Source of the DNA: Lachnospiraceae bacterium
Lineage (GTDB): Bacteria > Bacillota > Clostridia > Lachnospirales > Lachnospiraceae
DNA: 64,000 bases
Assembly (NCBI GenBank): GCA_024695665.1
Contig: JAILHT010000003.1
Coordinates: forward strand, 10,870-74,869
Reading direction: 5' to 3'
Of the stretch, positions 25,733 through 35,694 are shown piece by piece (positions within the stretch are counted from its first letter, which is position 1; every line of letters starts with the position of its first letter). The position numbers and the translations under genes are program-made. The notes beneath the pieces are model-generated. The model was not told the origin of the DNA. It saw nothing but the letters and a program-made list of their open reading frames with translations, and did not search any database.

Positions 25733-26785
25733 ATGAAAAAAATTGTCTTTTCCATGTTTTTGTTTTTTTCAATACTGTTTATACCGTATCAAACCTACGC
25801 TTCAGACTCTGACTGGCGGATAACGGATTTAAGTTGCGACTCATTGGATGACGATGGTTGTATTTATTTATCCTGGACTGCATGCAGTGCTAACGGACAT
25901 GAATGGAGTGTTGATGATTACGGTTATGCACTGATCTATCGTTCCACAAAAAAATCCTCAGGTTACAAGCAAATAGATTCAGTCGATATTTTTGACGAAT
26001 CATATTACGATTATAGCGTCAAAAATAACAAAACATATTATTACTATATCATAGCTGATGGAACGATATTCTATGCTGATGATGAAGACAACGAAAGCTA
26101 TTACGATGTTTTATCGACAAAATCCAATATAGTTCACGGCAAAGTAATAAAGACACTTGATCCTCCAAAACTAAAAGGTAACGTCCAGGGTAATTCAAAG
26201 TATAGTATCAAACTATCTTGGAATAAAATAAAAGAAGCCAAGGGATACAAAATTTACCGAAAATCTCCCGGTTCCGGTAAATATAAGCTCATTAAAACAA
26301 TCAAAAAAAATACTACGCTTTCATATACCGATAAAAATCTAAAGCTAAAAAAAAGATATAAGTATTATATTGTTTCTTATAACGACTATACAACGAGCAA
26401 AAAAAGTTCCGTACTATCACGTAAAATTACAGCCAACTGCATAAAATACCGTGTAGATAAAGATCTTTCAAATTACGATTTTTATAATATTTATCTTAGA
26501 CCATATAAGATTTATTATAAGAATAAAAAAATCACTGCCGAGTTCTATGTTTTTAATAAATACTCCTATAAACTTAAACGATTTAAATCTATACAGGTGA
26601 ATCTGTATGATGAAAACAAAAAACTCATAGCCAGACAACGTTTCAAAAATATTGAGTTGAATCTCTCCGGCAATAATTATAAAAAGGTCAAGTTTACATT
26701 TACAAAAGGTACAAAGAAGAAGAAAGTTAATTTTAGAGATTTTGACGGCTATTACTCATGGTCATCTTCCAATAGCTGGGAATAA
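25733..26785 (+). CDS. secreted K/Y/N-rich protein with two FN3-like modules
   Basis: ATG 25733 after a GGGGGGA RBS. Signal peptide MKKIVFSMFLFFSILFIPYQTYASD. Two modules follow the pattern LSW...GY.IYR(S/K)...YK.I....Y.D....K.Y.YYI. The DNA is visibly AT-rich. Confidence 0.6.
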   Translation: MKKIVFSMFLFFSILFIPYQTYASDSDWRITDLSCDSLDDDGCIYLSWTACSANGHEWSVDDYGYALIYRSTKKSSGYKQIDSVDIFDESYYDYSVKNNKTYYYYIIADGTIFYADDEDNESYYDVLSTKSNIVHGKVIKTLDPPKLKGNVQGNSKYSIKLSWNKIKEAKGYKIYRKSPGSGKYKLIKTIKKNTTLSYTDKNLKLKKRYKYYIVSYNDYTTSKKSSVLSRKITANCIKYRVDKDLSNYDFYNIYLRPYKIYYKNKKITAEFYVFNKYSYKLKRFKSIQVNLYDENKKLIARQRFKNIELNLSGNNYKKVKFTFTKGTKKKKVNFRDFDGYYSWSSSNSWE

Positions 26786-26789
26786 AACG

Positions 26790-26848
26790 AAAGGGGCCTC
26801 GCCCGGATGATGATTTAATCATCATCTAAAGCGACAGCCCCTTTTTTA
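26790..26848. terminator. bidirectional terminator between convergent genes
   Basis: Compound hairpin (GGGGC..CGC..GATGATGAT tta ATCATCATC..GCG..GCCCC) flanked by an A-rich run on the left and TTTTTT on the right. Confidence 0.7.
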
Positions 26849-28033
26849 TTACACATGTAAAATTTCTGTTATATCTTTCTTTAAAGCCGAAGTAGCTCCC
26901 TGTATCATTGCACTGCTGCCTCCGCCCTTGGCTCCTGTTTTTTCTCTTAACATACCGGCCACATCTTTCATGTCTATGTTTTTGCTTGCCAGTATAAAAC
27001 TGTATCCTTCTTCATCGGAGCCGTTAAATATGCCACATATACCCTCGTGAATTTCGACCATCTCATTTACAAGATTTCTGATTGTAGCTGTCTCAAGTCC
27101 GTCCTCAAAAAGGATTACATTTTTTTCATCCGCGCCTATTTCCTCAAGTTCACGTCTCACATTTTTCAGGCACGCCATTGAAAACTTGTGCTTATAGCTT
27201 AACCCTTTTTCTTTTATTTTCTGTATTGAGTCGACAAGCGTATCCTCACTGCTGGAAAGTTCACCTGTTATCGATGCGACAACTTCATTCTTTTTTCTAA
27301 AAGCATAAAGTGCTCTTTTTCCGCATAAGATGGAGAGTCTGACACCGCCTTTGTAGTTTTGGACTGACATAACCTTCAATATGCCTATCTCACCGGTTCT
27401 TTTAACATGCGGTGCACAGCAGGCGCATACATCAACACCCGGTATCGTAACGATACGTATCTGTCCGTCTATCTCCTTCTTGCTTCTGTATTCAATATTT
27501 TTTATCTCATCATCGGAAGGAAACGAAGGGATTATCTCTATGTTACGAAAGATGACATCATTTGCTTTTTCTTCTATAAGATAGACATCTTCCATAGAAA
27601 GAACACCATTATAATCCATGGTTACGACGTTATCACTCAGATGAAAACCCACGTTGTCATATCCGAAGGTTGAGTGTACAAGACCGGAAAAAATATGCTC
27701 ACCGCTATGCTGCTGCATATTGGAAAATCTGTGTTCCCAGTCAATCATACCCTTCACCTGTGTTCCTTCCTCTAGCGGCTTGTCAACATAATGTGTTATA
27801 ATTCCGTTTTTCGTCTGAACATCAAGCACATCTATATCATTCAGTTTTCCCTTGTCAGGTGTCTGTCCGCCTTCTTCCGGAAAAAAACATGTTTCATCGA
27901 GTATAACCTTATATCTTCCGTCGTCACTCTCTTTGCAGCTTATAACCGTCGCTTCAAATTCTTTGAGGTAGGCATCGCCGTCATACAGTTTTTTTGTAAT
28001 ATTTATATTTGTATCATCATTCATATGATTCAA
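26849..28033 (-). CDS. alaX: alanyl-tRNA editing protein (AlaX-L type, tRNA_SAD + DHHA1)
   Basis: 394 aa. Zn motifs HSGEH..., CCAPHV; C-terminal GGGS...QG DHHA1-like region. Confidence 0.8.
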   Translation of the reverse strand: MNHMNDDTNINITKKLYDGDAYLKEFEATVISCKESDDGRYKVILDETCFFPEEGGQTPDKGKLNDIDVLDVQTKNGIITHYVDKPLEEGTQVKGMIDWEHRFSNMQQHSGEHIFSGLVHSTFGYDNVGFHLSDNVVTMDYNGVLSMEDVYLIEEKANDVIFRNIEIIPSFPSDDEIKNIEYRSKKEIDGQIRIVTIPGVDVCACCAPHVKRTGEIGILKVMSVQNYKGGVRLSILCGKRALYAFRKKNEVVASITGELSSSEDTLVDSIQKIKEKGLSYKHKFSMACLKNVRRELEEIGADEKNVILFEDGLETATIRNLVNEMVEIHEGICGIFNGSDEEGYSFILASKNIDMKDVAGMLREKTGAKGGGSSAMIQGATSALKKDITEILHV

Positions 28034-28048
28034 GCCTTAATTTAAAAT

Positions 28049-29332
28049 TTAAATTGCCTCCAACGCCTGCTTGAGATCTGCGATGAGATCCTCCTTGTCC
28101 TCAAGACCACATGACATACGCACAAGACCTGCAGGTATTCCGGCTGCCTCAAGCTGCTCATCCGACATCTGTCTGTGAGTTGATGTAGCAGGGTTCAAAC
28201 AACACGTTCTGGCATCCGCAACATGTGTCTCTATGGCTGCAAGCTTGAGATTCTTCATGAATGCCTCAGCTGCCTTTCTGCCGCCTTCAAGTTCAAATGA
28301 AACCACTCCGCATCCACCGTTTGGAAGATATTTCTTCGCGATCTCATAATACTTGTCCCCTTCAAGACCAGAATAGACAACTCTCTTAACCTTTGGCTGA
28401 GTCTGAAGGAACTCCGCTACAGCCTGTCCGTTTTCAACGTGACGCGCCATACGAACATGAAGTGACTCAAGTCCAAGATTTAAAAGAAATGCATTCTGCG
28501 GTGACTGGATGCTTCCGAAGTCCCTCATGAGCTGAGCTGTACATTTTGTAATGAATGCTCCCTCTTTTCCAAACTTCTCGGCATATGTTATTCCATGATA
28601 TGAATCATCCGGTGTACAAAGTCCCGGGAACTTGTCTGCATGAGCCATCCAATCGAATTTTCCTGAATCAACGATTGCTCCTCCGACTCCGGCACCGTGT
28701 CCGTCCATGTATTTTGTTGTTGAATGTGTAACTATATCTGCGCCCCACTCAATAGGTCTGCAATTTACAGGAGTTGGGAAGGTATTGTCAACGATAAGAG
28801 GAACTCCGTGCTCGTGTGCTACCTTTGCAAATCTCTCAATGTCAAGAACTGTGAGGGCCGGATTTGCGATTGTCTCACCAAATACAACTTTTGTGTTCTC
28901 TCTGAAAGCGGCATTAAGTTCCTCCTCAGTACTGTCCGGGGAAACAAATGTTGTTTCGATTCCCATCTTTGCCATTGTTACGGCGATCAGATTGAAAGTT
29001 CCTCCGTATATTGATGATGAAGCAACAATATGCGAACCACATTCACAAATGTTGAAAAGAGCAAAAAAGTTTGCAGCCTGTCCGGATGATGTGAGCATAG
29101 CTGCCGTTCCACCTTCAAGATCGGCTATCTTTGCCGCAACAAAATCATTTGTAGGATTCTGAAGTCTGGTGTAAAAATATCCGCTTGCCTCAAGATCGAA
29201 GAGTTTTCCCATATCTTCGCTCGTGTCATATTTGAAGGTCGTGGACTGAACTATAGGTATCTGTCTCGGCTCTCCGTTTCCCGGTCTGTACCCCGACTGT
29301 ACACATTTTGTGTTAATTTTGTAATCGCTCAT
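28049..29332 (-). CDS. metY: O-acetylhomoserine aminocarboxypropyltransferase/sulfhydrylase (Cys/Met PLP family)
   Basis: 427 aa. The PLP-lysine motif STTKYMDGHG and overall MetY/CysD-type pattern. Confidence 0.9.
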   Translation of the reverse strand: MSDYKINTKCVQSGYRPGNGEPRQIPIVQSTTFKYDTSEDMGKLFDLEASGYFYTRLQNPTNDFVAAKIADLEGGTAAMLTSSGQAANFFALFNICECGSHIVASSSIYGGTFNLIAVTMAKMGIETTFVSPDSTEEELNAAFRENTKVVFGETIANPALTVLDIERFAKVAHEHGVPLIVDNTFPTPVNCRPIEWGADIVTHSTTKYMDGHGAGVGGAIVDSGKFDWMAHADKFPGLCTPDDSYHGITYAEKFGKEGAFITKCTAQLMRDFGSIQSPQNAFLLNLGLESLHVRMARHVENGQAVAEFLQTQPKVKRVVYSGLEGDKYYEIAKKYLPNGGCGVVSFELEGGRKAAEAFMKNLKLAAIETHVADARTCCLNPATSTHRQMSDEQLEAAGIPAGLVRMSCGLEDKEDLIADLKQALEAI

Positions 29333-29369
29333 GTTTTTTCTCCTTCTATGATCAATTTTAATTTAAAAA

Positions 29370-30152
29370 TCATATCTTTTTGGCTTTCAGTATAATATAG
29401 CGGATTATAAATCCCGATGCAATCGCCAAACAGATTAAAATGCATAAATTTCCGAATAAATTTGAGGTCATCGTCAATATACCGTACTCCGAGGATGCCA
29501 CCGAAGTCACATTGGCCGCAGAATGAATAAGTATTGACGCCAATACGGTATCAAGTTTTTCCACAAATAAACATAAAAACATTCCGAATATAAATGCATA
29601 CAAAAACTGAACCAGATTCATATGTACAAAACCAAACAAAATTGCGCTTACAAGATAAGCCTCCATACGCTTTGAAAATCGATTTAGATATCCGAACAGC
29701 ACTCCTCTGTACATAAGCTCTTCGGCTAAAGGTGTAACTATTCCAAGGGCCAGAAGTTCAAAGAATACATCACCCAAAAAGAAACTCTGCTGAACACTCA
29801 CATATCCTGTAGCCGCTTTAGTAAGTCCGGTTAGATTGAAAAGGTTGTTCAAAAAAACAGCCATCATAATTCCGAACAGTACACATAAAAAGTAATCTAA
29901 AACTTTCGAGTTGTTTTTTTTAAAAAAAGAATCCCTGTGTATCCACATATATACCGTATCTTTTTTATAAAGATAGATAAGATAAGGGATAACGGCAAGA
30001 CCAGCAAAGAATTGCAAAGCCAGACTCATATCGTTCAAATCGCCCACTATAAATGCAATAATATAATAGACAACCAGCTGTATGAGATAAAACATAAAGA
30101 TAGGATAAATAACCTTCCCCAATTTATTTTTTATACCTGAAAGATCCGACAT
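29370..30152 (-). CDS. CPBP-family intramembrane glutamic endopeptidase (CAAX protease/Abi-like)
   Basis: 260 aa, polytopic. Motifs EELMYRG, FGFVHMN and HSAANV. Confidence 0.8.
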   Translation of the reverse strand: MSDLSGIKNKLGKVIYPIFMFYLIQLVVYYIIAFIVGDLNDMSLALQFFAGLAVIPYLIYLYKKDTVYMWIHRDSFFKKNNSKVLDYFLCVLFGIMMAVFLNNLFNLTGLTKAATGYVSVQQSFFLGDVFFELLALGIVTPLAEELMYRGVLFGYLNRFSKRMEAYLVSAILFGFVHMNLVQFLYAFIFGMFLCLFVEKLDTVLASILIHSAANVTSVASSEYGILTMTSNLFGNLCILICLAIASGFIIRYIILKAKKI

Positions 30153-30153
30153 T

Positions 30154-31458
30154 TTATATTTCTCCGTTCTTTATGGCACGCTTTACATATTTCAAATAAT
30201 AAAACGAACCAAAAGCCAAAACGCACGTATCACTCCCCAAAGCCTCATCGAGTGCGGCATCCACTGCCTCCTCTATGTTCTCGTGAACAACTGCCTTGGT
30301 ATTTCTTTTTAAAACTTCTTTTTTTATAATATCCGCATCCAACGCTCTGGGATTTGGAACCGTTATGATATGAAAAGTCTCTGCAAGCGGACACATTTCA
30401 TCTAAAACGGTTTTATAATCCTTGTCCTTCAATATTCCAAAGATAAACACCCATTTTTTATTCTGCTCTCTTTCGAGTCGTAAAACTGTCTGAGCAACTT
30501 CTTTCACTGCCTGCGCATTGTGACCCCCGTCGATATAAACCAAAGGTTTGTCACTTATTCTCTCGAATCTGCCCGGAAAATTGCATTCTTCTATCCCACG
30601 TCTTATGGTTTTTTCAATACCAAGAGAATTCATATTCGTCAGTCTCTCGAGAACAAAATGCGCCACAATCTCTGAAGTGTGGGCATTTCTCTTCTGGCAT
30701 TCAACCGGGGTTTTCAACTTATAGGACCTGTCGTTTGAAAGATTGTAACAAACCTTTAGATAATCTGCGCCAAGCTCTTTTGCCTTTTTTTCTATGACCG
30801 AGTTTGCCTTATCATCCGTCGCGGCATTGAAGATTGTACTGCCTTTTTTTATTATTCCGGCCTTAGCTTTTGCAATGTCCTCTATAGTATCTCCCAGGAT
30901 ATCCGTGTGGTCCATCCCAATCTCGGTTATTACAGAGCATATCGGTTTTCTTATAAAATTTGTGGCATCCAGACTTCCGCCCAACCCTGTCTCAAACACG
31001 ATGATGTCACATTTCATATCATGAAAATATTTGTATGCCAGTGCCGTCTTGACTTCAAAAGCCGTGGGATGCGATATTCCTCTTTCAACCACACCCTCAC
31101 AAGCCTTTTTGATTCGGATCATATAATCGTTATACACATCCTGCTCTATAGCCTGTCCGTTTATGGTGATAGACTCATAGGTATAAAATACCGCAGGAGA
31201 TGTATAAAGTCCGCATTTGAGATTTGCCTCTTTCATTATGCCCGAAAGCATAAGGCAAACAGAGCCTTTTCCATTTGTTCCGGCAACATGGATTACAGGT
31301 ATGTCCTCTTTTATTTTCAGTTCTTCCACCAGAGCTGATACCGAATCAAGGCCAAATACCCATCCGAGTTTTTCTATCTCATTCTCAAACTCATTGACAT
31401 TCTTTGTTTCTTTAATTTTTGAATTTTTTGTTTCAGTTAAACTGTTGTTTTCCGTCAC
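30154..31458 (-). CDS. folylpolyglutamate synthase / dihydrofolate synthase family, paralogue 2
   Basis: 434 aa. P-loop HVAGTNGKGSV, TSPAVF..., ETGLGGSLDATN. It has a ~30-aa N-terminal extension relative to paralogue 1. Confidence 0.8.
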   Translation of the reverse strand: MTENNSLTETKNSKIKETKNVNEFENEIEKLGWVFGLDSVSALVEELKIKEDIPVIHVAGTNGKGSVCLMLSGIMKEANLKCGLYTSPAVFYTYESITINGQAIEQDVYNDYMIRIKKACEGVVERGISHPTAFEVKTALAYKYFHDMKCDIIVFETGLGGSLDATNFIRKPICSVITEIGMDHTDILGDTIEDIAKAKAGIIKKGSTIFNAATDDKANSVIEKKAKELGADYLKVCYNLSNDRSYKLKTPVECQKRNAHTSEIVAHFVLERLTNMNSLGIEKTIRRGIEECNFPGRFERISDKPLVYIDGGHNAQAVKEVAQTVLRLEREQNKKWVFIFGILKDKDYKTVLDEMCPLAETFHIITVPNPRALDADIIKKEVLKRNTKAVVHENIEEAVDAALDEALGSDTCVLAFGSFYYLKYVKRAIKNGEI

Positions 31459-31485
31459 AATTGTTATTTACATCAGCTTTTTTGG

Positions 31486-33723
31486 CTAATGCTTATTTCC
31501 CTTCGTTCCTCGACCGGCTGTTTTAAGCCTGTTGAGTTCTAAGTTTTTGCCGGATCTCTCGACAACTATATTCTCACCTGATTTGAGATGATAAATATTG
31601 GTGACAAAATCACCCGTTCCAAGTTTTATACCTCGAACACCGGCCGCATTCTTCTTTTGCTCCGGTATATCTTCCTGGTTGAGTCTTAAGAACATACCCT
31701 TTGAAGTCTGCAATACTATCGTCTCTTTTTCATTGTAGACATCAATGCTTACCACCTCATCGTCATCGGCAAGTTTCGTCGATGCGATGGTTTTTCTGGT
31801 GACATCAAATTCTGTTGAATCAACCACTTTGATAAGACCGTTCTTTGTTCCGAATACAAGCTTCCTGTCTTTGAGATTTGAAAGGGCCTGTATATAAACA
31901 TAAGTCTCCACACTGCTGTCATAATTGCTCATGTTGTCTATAGGTGTTCCTTTATCCCTGAATTTACCCATAGGAATATTGAGCACATTTATTGTATGCA
32001 TTCTTCCCTTGTCTGTGAATATACATATCTTGTCAAGATTACTGCAGTTAAATATAATCTTGTTCTCTGCATCGGCCGCCTCTTTATTTCTCTCATATAC
32101 AGAGAGATCCACAACCTTTGCGTATCCGAATCTGTCCATGAGGAAGGTTACTTCCGTCTCCTCTATAGGCGCATCCTCTATAACAATCTCCTCAGCATTT
32201 GTAAGAAGAGTCTTTCTGTCTGTGGCATATTCTTTCTTGAGGTTTTTGATATCCTTTAAGATAGTTCTTGCCATAGTTGCACGATTGTTCAATATATCCG
32301 TGTACTCTGCTATCTTTTTCAAGGTCTCTTCATGCTCTTTTTCAAGCGCATCTATCTCGAGTCCGATAAGTCTGTAGAGACGCATCTCAAGGATGGCTGA
32401 AGCCTGCTTCTCGGTAAATTTGAGTTTCTTTGCATCAGCTTCTGACTTTGCACTCTTGAACTTGATCGCGTCGGTCTTTCCCTCTGTGAGACAGGCTTTC
32501 GCATCTTTTACATTCTTACTTCCGCGAAGTATCTCAATTATGAGATCTATGACATTTACCGCTTTTATGAGACCTTCCTGTACCTCCTGCTTCTCTTTTT
32601 CTTTTGCAAGAAGTGTAGTGTACTTTCTGGTACAAAGCTCATACTGAAACTCGACATTGTGTCTTATCAACGGTACAAGTCCCAACGTCTCAGGTCTTCC
32701 GTCAGCCACGCAGAGCATGTTTACTCCAAATGTATCTTCAAGCTTTGTCTTCTTGTACAAAAGATTCATAAGCTTTGTGGCATCAGCGCCTTTTTTTAAT
32801 TCTATAACAATGCGGATTCCCTCTTTTGACGACTGGTTTGAGATATCTGTTATATCATTTGTCTTTCTGTCCTCGACAAGTCCTTTTATATCATTCAAAA
32901 ACTTCTCGATTCCGGCTCCTATCATGGTATAAGGTATCTCGGTTATGACAAGCTGCTCCTTGCCACCCTTCACCTTCTCAATTTCAACTTTACCGCGGAC
33001 TTTTATCTTTCCGCTTCCGGTTGAATAGATGGCTTTTAATTCATCCTGATTTACGACAATACCTCCGGTCGGAAAATCCGGTCCCTTTATGTATTTCATC
33101 ATCTCTTCAGTATTTATGTCCGGATTCTTTATATAAGCCTCGACACCGTCAAGCACCTCTCCGAGATTGTGAGGAGGAATGCTTGTGGCCATACCTACGG
33201 CTATACCCTCCGAACCGTTTATTAGTATGTTTGGAATTCTAACCGGCAAAACAACCGGCTCCTTCTCAGTCTCATCAAAGTTCGGCATAAAATCGACAAC
33301 GTTCTTGTCAAGGTCGCCCAAATATGCCTCCTGTGTAATCTTTTCAAGTCTCGCCTCGGTGTATCGCATCGCGGCAGCTCCGTCTCCCTCTATAGATCCG
33401 AAGTTTCCGTGTCCGTCTACAAGCGGCAATCCCTTTTTGAACTCCTGCGCCATAACAACAAGCGCATCATAGATACTTGAGTCTCCATGCGGATGGTACT
33501 TACCCATGGTATCTCCGACGATACGGGCGCATTTTCTGTATGGTCTGTCGTATCTGATACCGAGTTCATACATATCATATAGTGTTCTTCTCTGAACAGG
33601 TTTGAGGCCATCCCTGACATCCGGTATGGCTCTCGATATAATAACGCTCATCGCATAATCGATATATGATTTCTGCAGATGATCGGAATATTCTGTCTGT
33701 ATAATACGTTCTGTTTCGCTCAT
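31486..33723 (-). CDS. parC: type IIA topoisomerase subunit A (ParC/GyrA family; ParC-like)
   Basis: 745 aa. AIPDVRDGLKPVQRR, with catalytic Tyr context AAMRYTE. The short C-terminal domain has no recognisable GyrA box (QRRGGKG), and the locus is not next to dnaA/recF. Confidence 0.75.
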   Translation of the reverse strand: MSETERIIQTEYSDHLQKSYIDYAMSVIISRAIPDVRDGLKPVQRRTLYDMYELGIRYDRPYRKCARIVGDTMGKYHPHGDSSIYDALVVMAQEFKKGLPLVDGHGNFGSIEGDGAAAMRYTEARLEKITQEAYLGDLDKNVVDFMPNFDETEKEPVVLPVRIPNILINGSEGIAVGMATSIPPHNLGEVLDGVEAYIKNPDINTEEMMKYIKGPDFPTGGIVVNQDELKAIYSTGSGKIKVRGKVEIEKVKGGKEQLVITEIPYTMIGAGIEKFLNDIKGLVEDRKTNDITDISNQSSKEGIRIVIELKKGADATKLMNLLYKKTKLEDTFGVNMLCVADGRPETLGLVPLIRHNVEFQYELCTRKYTTLLAKEKEKQEVQEGLIKAVNVIDLIIEILRGSKNVKDAKACLTEGKTDAIKFKSAKSEADAKKLKFTEKQASAILEMRLYRLIGLEIDALEKEHEETLKKIAEYTDILNNRATMARTILKDIKNLKKEYATDRKTLLTNAEEIVIEDAPIEETEVTFLMDRFGYAKVVDLSVYERNKEAADAENKIIFNCSNLDKICIFTDKGRMHTINVLNIPMGKFRDKGTPIDNMSNYDSSVETYVYIQALSNLKDRKLVFGTKNGLIKVVDSTEFDVTRKTIASTKLADDDEVVSIDVYNEKETIVLQTSKGMFLRLNQEDIPEQKKNAAGVRGIKLGTGDFVTNIYHLKSGENIVVERSGKNLELNRLKTAGRGTKGNKH

Positions 33724-33752
33724 TACTAAATATAACCTCCGAACTTATAGAC

Positions 33753-35675
33753 TTAAATATCAAGCGCGGCATCGAGCGCATGCGAATAGATAAATGCTTT
33801 TCTTGGCGGTACATCATTTCCCATAAGCATCTCTGTGACTCTTGATGCCTGGCTGGCATCATCTATCTCTATTCTTTTAAGCATTCTTCTCTCAGGATCT
33901 AATGTCGTCTCCCAAAGCTGTTCGGCATCCATCTCACCGAGACCTTTATATCTCTGTAAGGTGAAAGGTCCCTTGTGTGTCTTTCTGTATTTTTCAAGTG
34001 CGACATCATCATAGAGATACTCTTCCTCCCCTTTGGAAGGAATAGCTTTATAGAGAGGCGGCATTGCAATATACACATGTCCCTCCCTGATAAGATCTGG
34101 CATAAATCTGTAGAACAATGTCAAAAGAAGCGTCGATATATGCGCTCCGTCGACATCGGCATCGGCCATTATAATTATCTTGTCATATCTGAGCTTTGTT
34201 ATGTCGAAATCGTTTCCGTAACCCTCAGAAAAACCACATCCGAAGGCATTTATCATAGTCTTTATCTCGGCGTTTGCCAAAACCTTGTCCATGCTGGCCT
34301 TCTCGACGTTCAATATCTTTCCTCTTATCGGAAGTATAGCCTGGTAATTTCTGTTTCTTGCGGTCTTTGCAGAACCCCCGGCAGAATCACCCTCTACTAT
34401 AAAAATCTCGCATTTTGAAGCATCTCTGCTCTCGCAGTTTGCAAGCTTTCCGTTTGATTCAAATGAGAATTTTGGCTTTGTGAGAAGATTGCTCTTTGCT
34501 TTTTCCTCCGACTTTCTGATCTTTGCAGCTTTCTCGGCACAACCGATAACAGCTTTCAAAACCTCAAGATGCTTGTCAAAGTAAAGAACTATCTCATCTC
34601 CTATGACCTTCTTGGTGACACGTTCCGCATCAGGATTGTCAAGTTTTGTCTTCGTCTGTCCCTCAAATCTCGGGTCCGGATGTTTTATGGATACAACTGC
34701 CGTCATGCCGTTACGAATATCTGCTCCGGTAAAATTTGCATCCTTCTCTTTAAGAATTCCAAGTTCTCTGGCATAGTTGTTTATAACCGTTGTAAAGACA
34801 GTCTTAAATCCCGTTATATGAGTTCCGCCTTCCTGGTTGAATATATTATTACAAAAACCTATCACGTTCTCATGGAACTCGTTTGTGTACTGAAGTGCAA
34901 GCTCCACCTCGATTCCGTCCTGCTCGCCTTTTATGTATATAGGCTCATGCACGACTTCCTCCTCTTTGTTCATATAATTGATATATCCGATAAGTCCGTC
35001 AGCCTCATGATAAGTTATCACCTCCGGTTCATCCCCGGTCAAATCTCTGTAAATCAGGGTCAGATTCGGATTGAGATATGCTGTCTCATGAAGTCTGTTT
35101 TTTACGTCATCTTTTTTGAAGATTATTCTGTCAAATATCTCCGCATCAGGGAGAAAATTGATTTTTGTTCCCGTAGCTTTTGTCTTTCCGATTGTAGGAA
35201 GAAGACCTTTTTCAAGCTTTACCGTAGGTTTTCCTTTTTCATATCTGTCGTGGTGTATGAAACCGTCCCTGCTTATCTCTATGTCCATATATTCAGAGAG
35301 TGCATTTACTACAGAAGAACCGACACCATGCAGACCACCGCTGGTCTTATATGCGTTGTTGTCAAATTTTCCTCCGGCATGCAGAGTCGAAAAAACAACT
35401 CTTGCTGCAGAGACACCCTTTGCATGCATTCCTACAGGGATGCCTCGTCCGTTATCTTCTATAGTGGCAGAACCGTCTTTTTCAAGTGTTACGGTAATAG
35501 TATTACATGCGCCTGCAAGATGCTCATCCACAGAGTTGTCAACTATCTCATATATAAGATGATTCAAACCTTTCTGACCGACACTTCCGATATACATTCC
35601 CGGTCTTTTTCTGACAGCATCAAGTCCCTCCAGCACTGCGATGCTGGACTCATCATAGCTGCTTTGTTTCGCCAT
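33753..35675 (-). CDS. parE: type IIA topoisomerase subunit B (ParE/GyrB family)
   Basis: 640 aa. GHKL ATPase motifs (VDNSVDE, GGLHGVG), Toprim EGDSAGG, and PLRGKILNV-type motif (PIRGKILNV). Confidence 0.8.
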   Translation of the reverse strand: MAKQSSYDESSIAVLEGLDAVRKRPGMYIGSVGQKGLNHLIYEIVDNSVDEHLAGACNTITVTLEKDGSATIEDNGRGIPVGMHAKGVSAARVVFSTLHAGGKFDNNAYKTSGGLHGVGSSVVNALSEYMDIEISRDGFIHHDRYEKGKPTVKLEKGLLPTIGKTKATGTKINFLPDAEIFDRIIFKKDDVKNRLHETAYLNPNLTLIYRDLTGDEPEVITYHEADGLIGYINYMNKEEEVVHEPIYIKGEQDGIEVELALQYTNEFHENVIGFCNNIFNQEGGTHITGFKTVFTTVINNYARELGILKEKDANFTGADIRNGMTAVVSIKHPDPRFEGQTKTKLDNPDAERVTKKVIGDEIVLYFDKHLEVLKAVIGCAEKAAKIRKSEEKAKSNLLTKPKFSFESNGKLANCESRDASKCEIFIVEGDSAGGSAKTARNRNYQAILPIRGKILNVEKASMDKVLANAEIKTMINAFGCGFSEGYGNDFDITKLRYDKIIIMADADVDGAHISTLLLTLFYRFMPDLIREGHVYIAMPPLYKAIPSKGEEEYLYDDVALEKYRKTHKGPFTLQRYKGLGEMDAEQLWETTLDPERRMLKRIEIDDASQASRVTEMLMGNDVPPRKAFIYSHALDAALDI

Positions 35676-35694
35676 TTTTCATACCTCACAATAA

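Noticed and set aside
31486-35675. Whether the type IIA topoisomerase pair is gyrB/gyrA rather than parE/parC.
   Set aside because: This is not resolved. I favour a ParC/ParE-like call because the A subunit is short (745 aa), I found no GyrA box (QRRGGKG), and the locus is not near dnaA/dnaN/recF. Only a phylogeny or the rest of the genome can decide.
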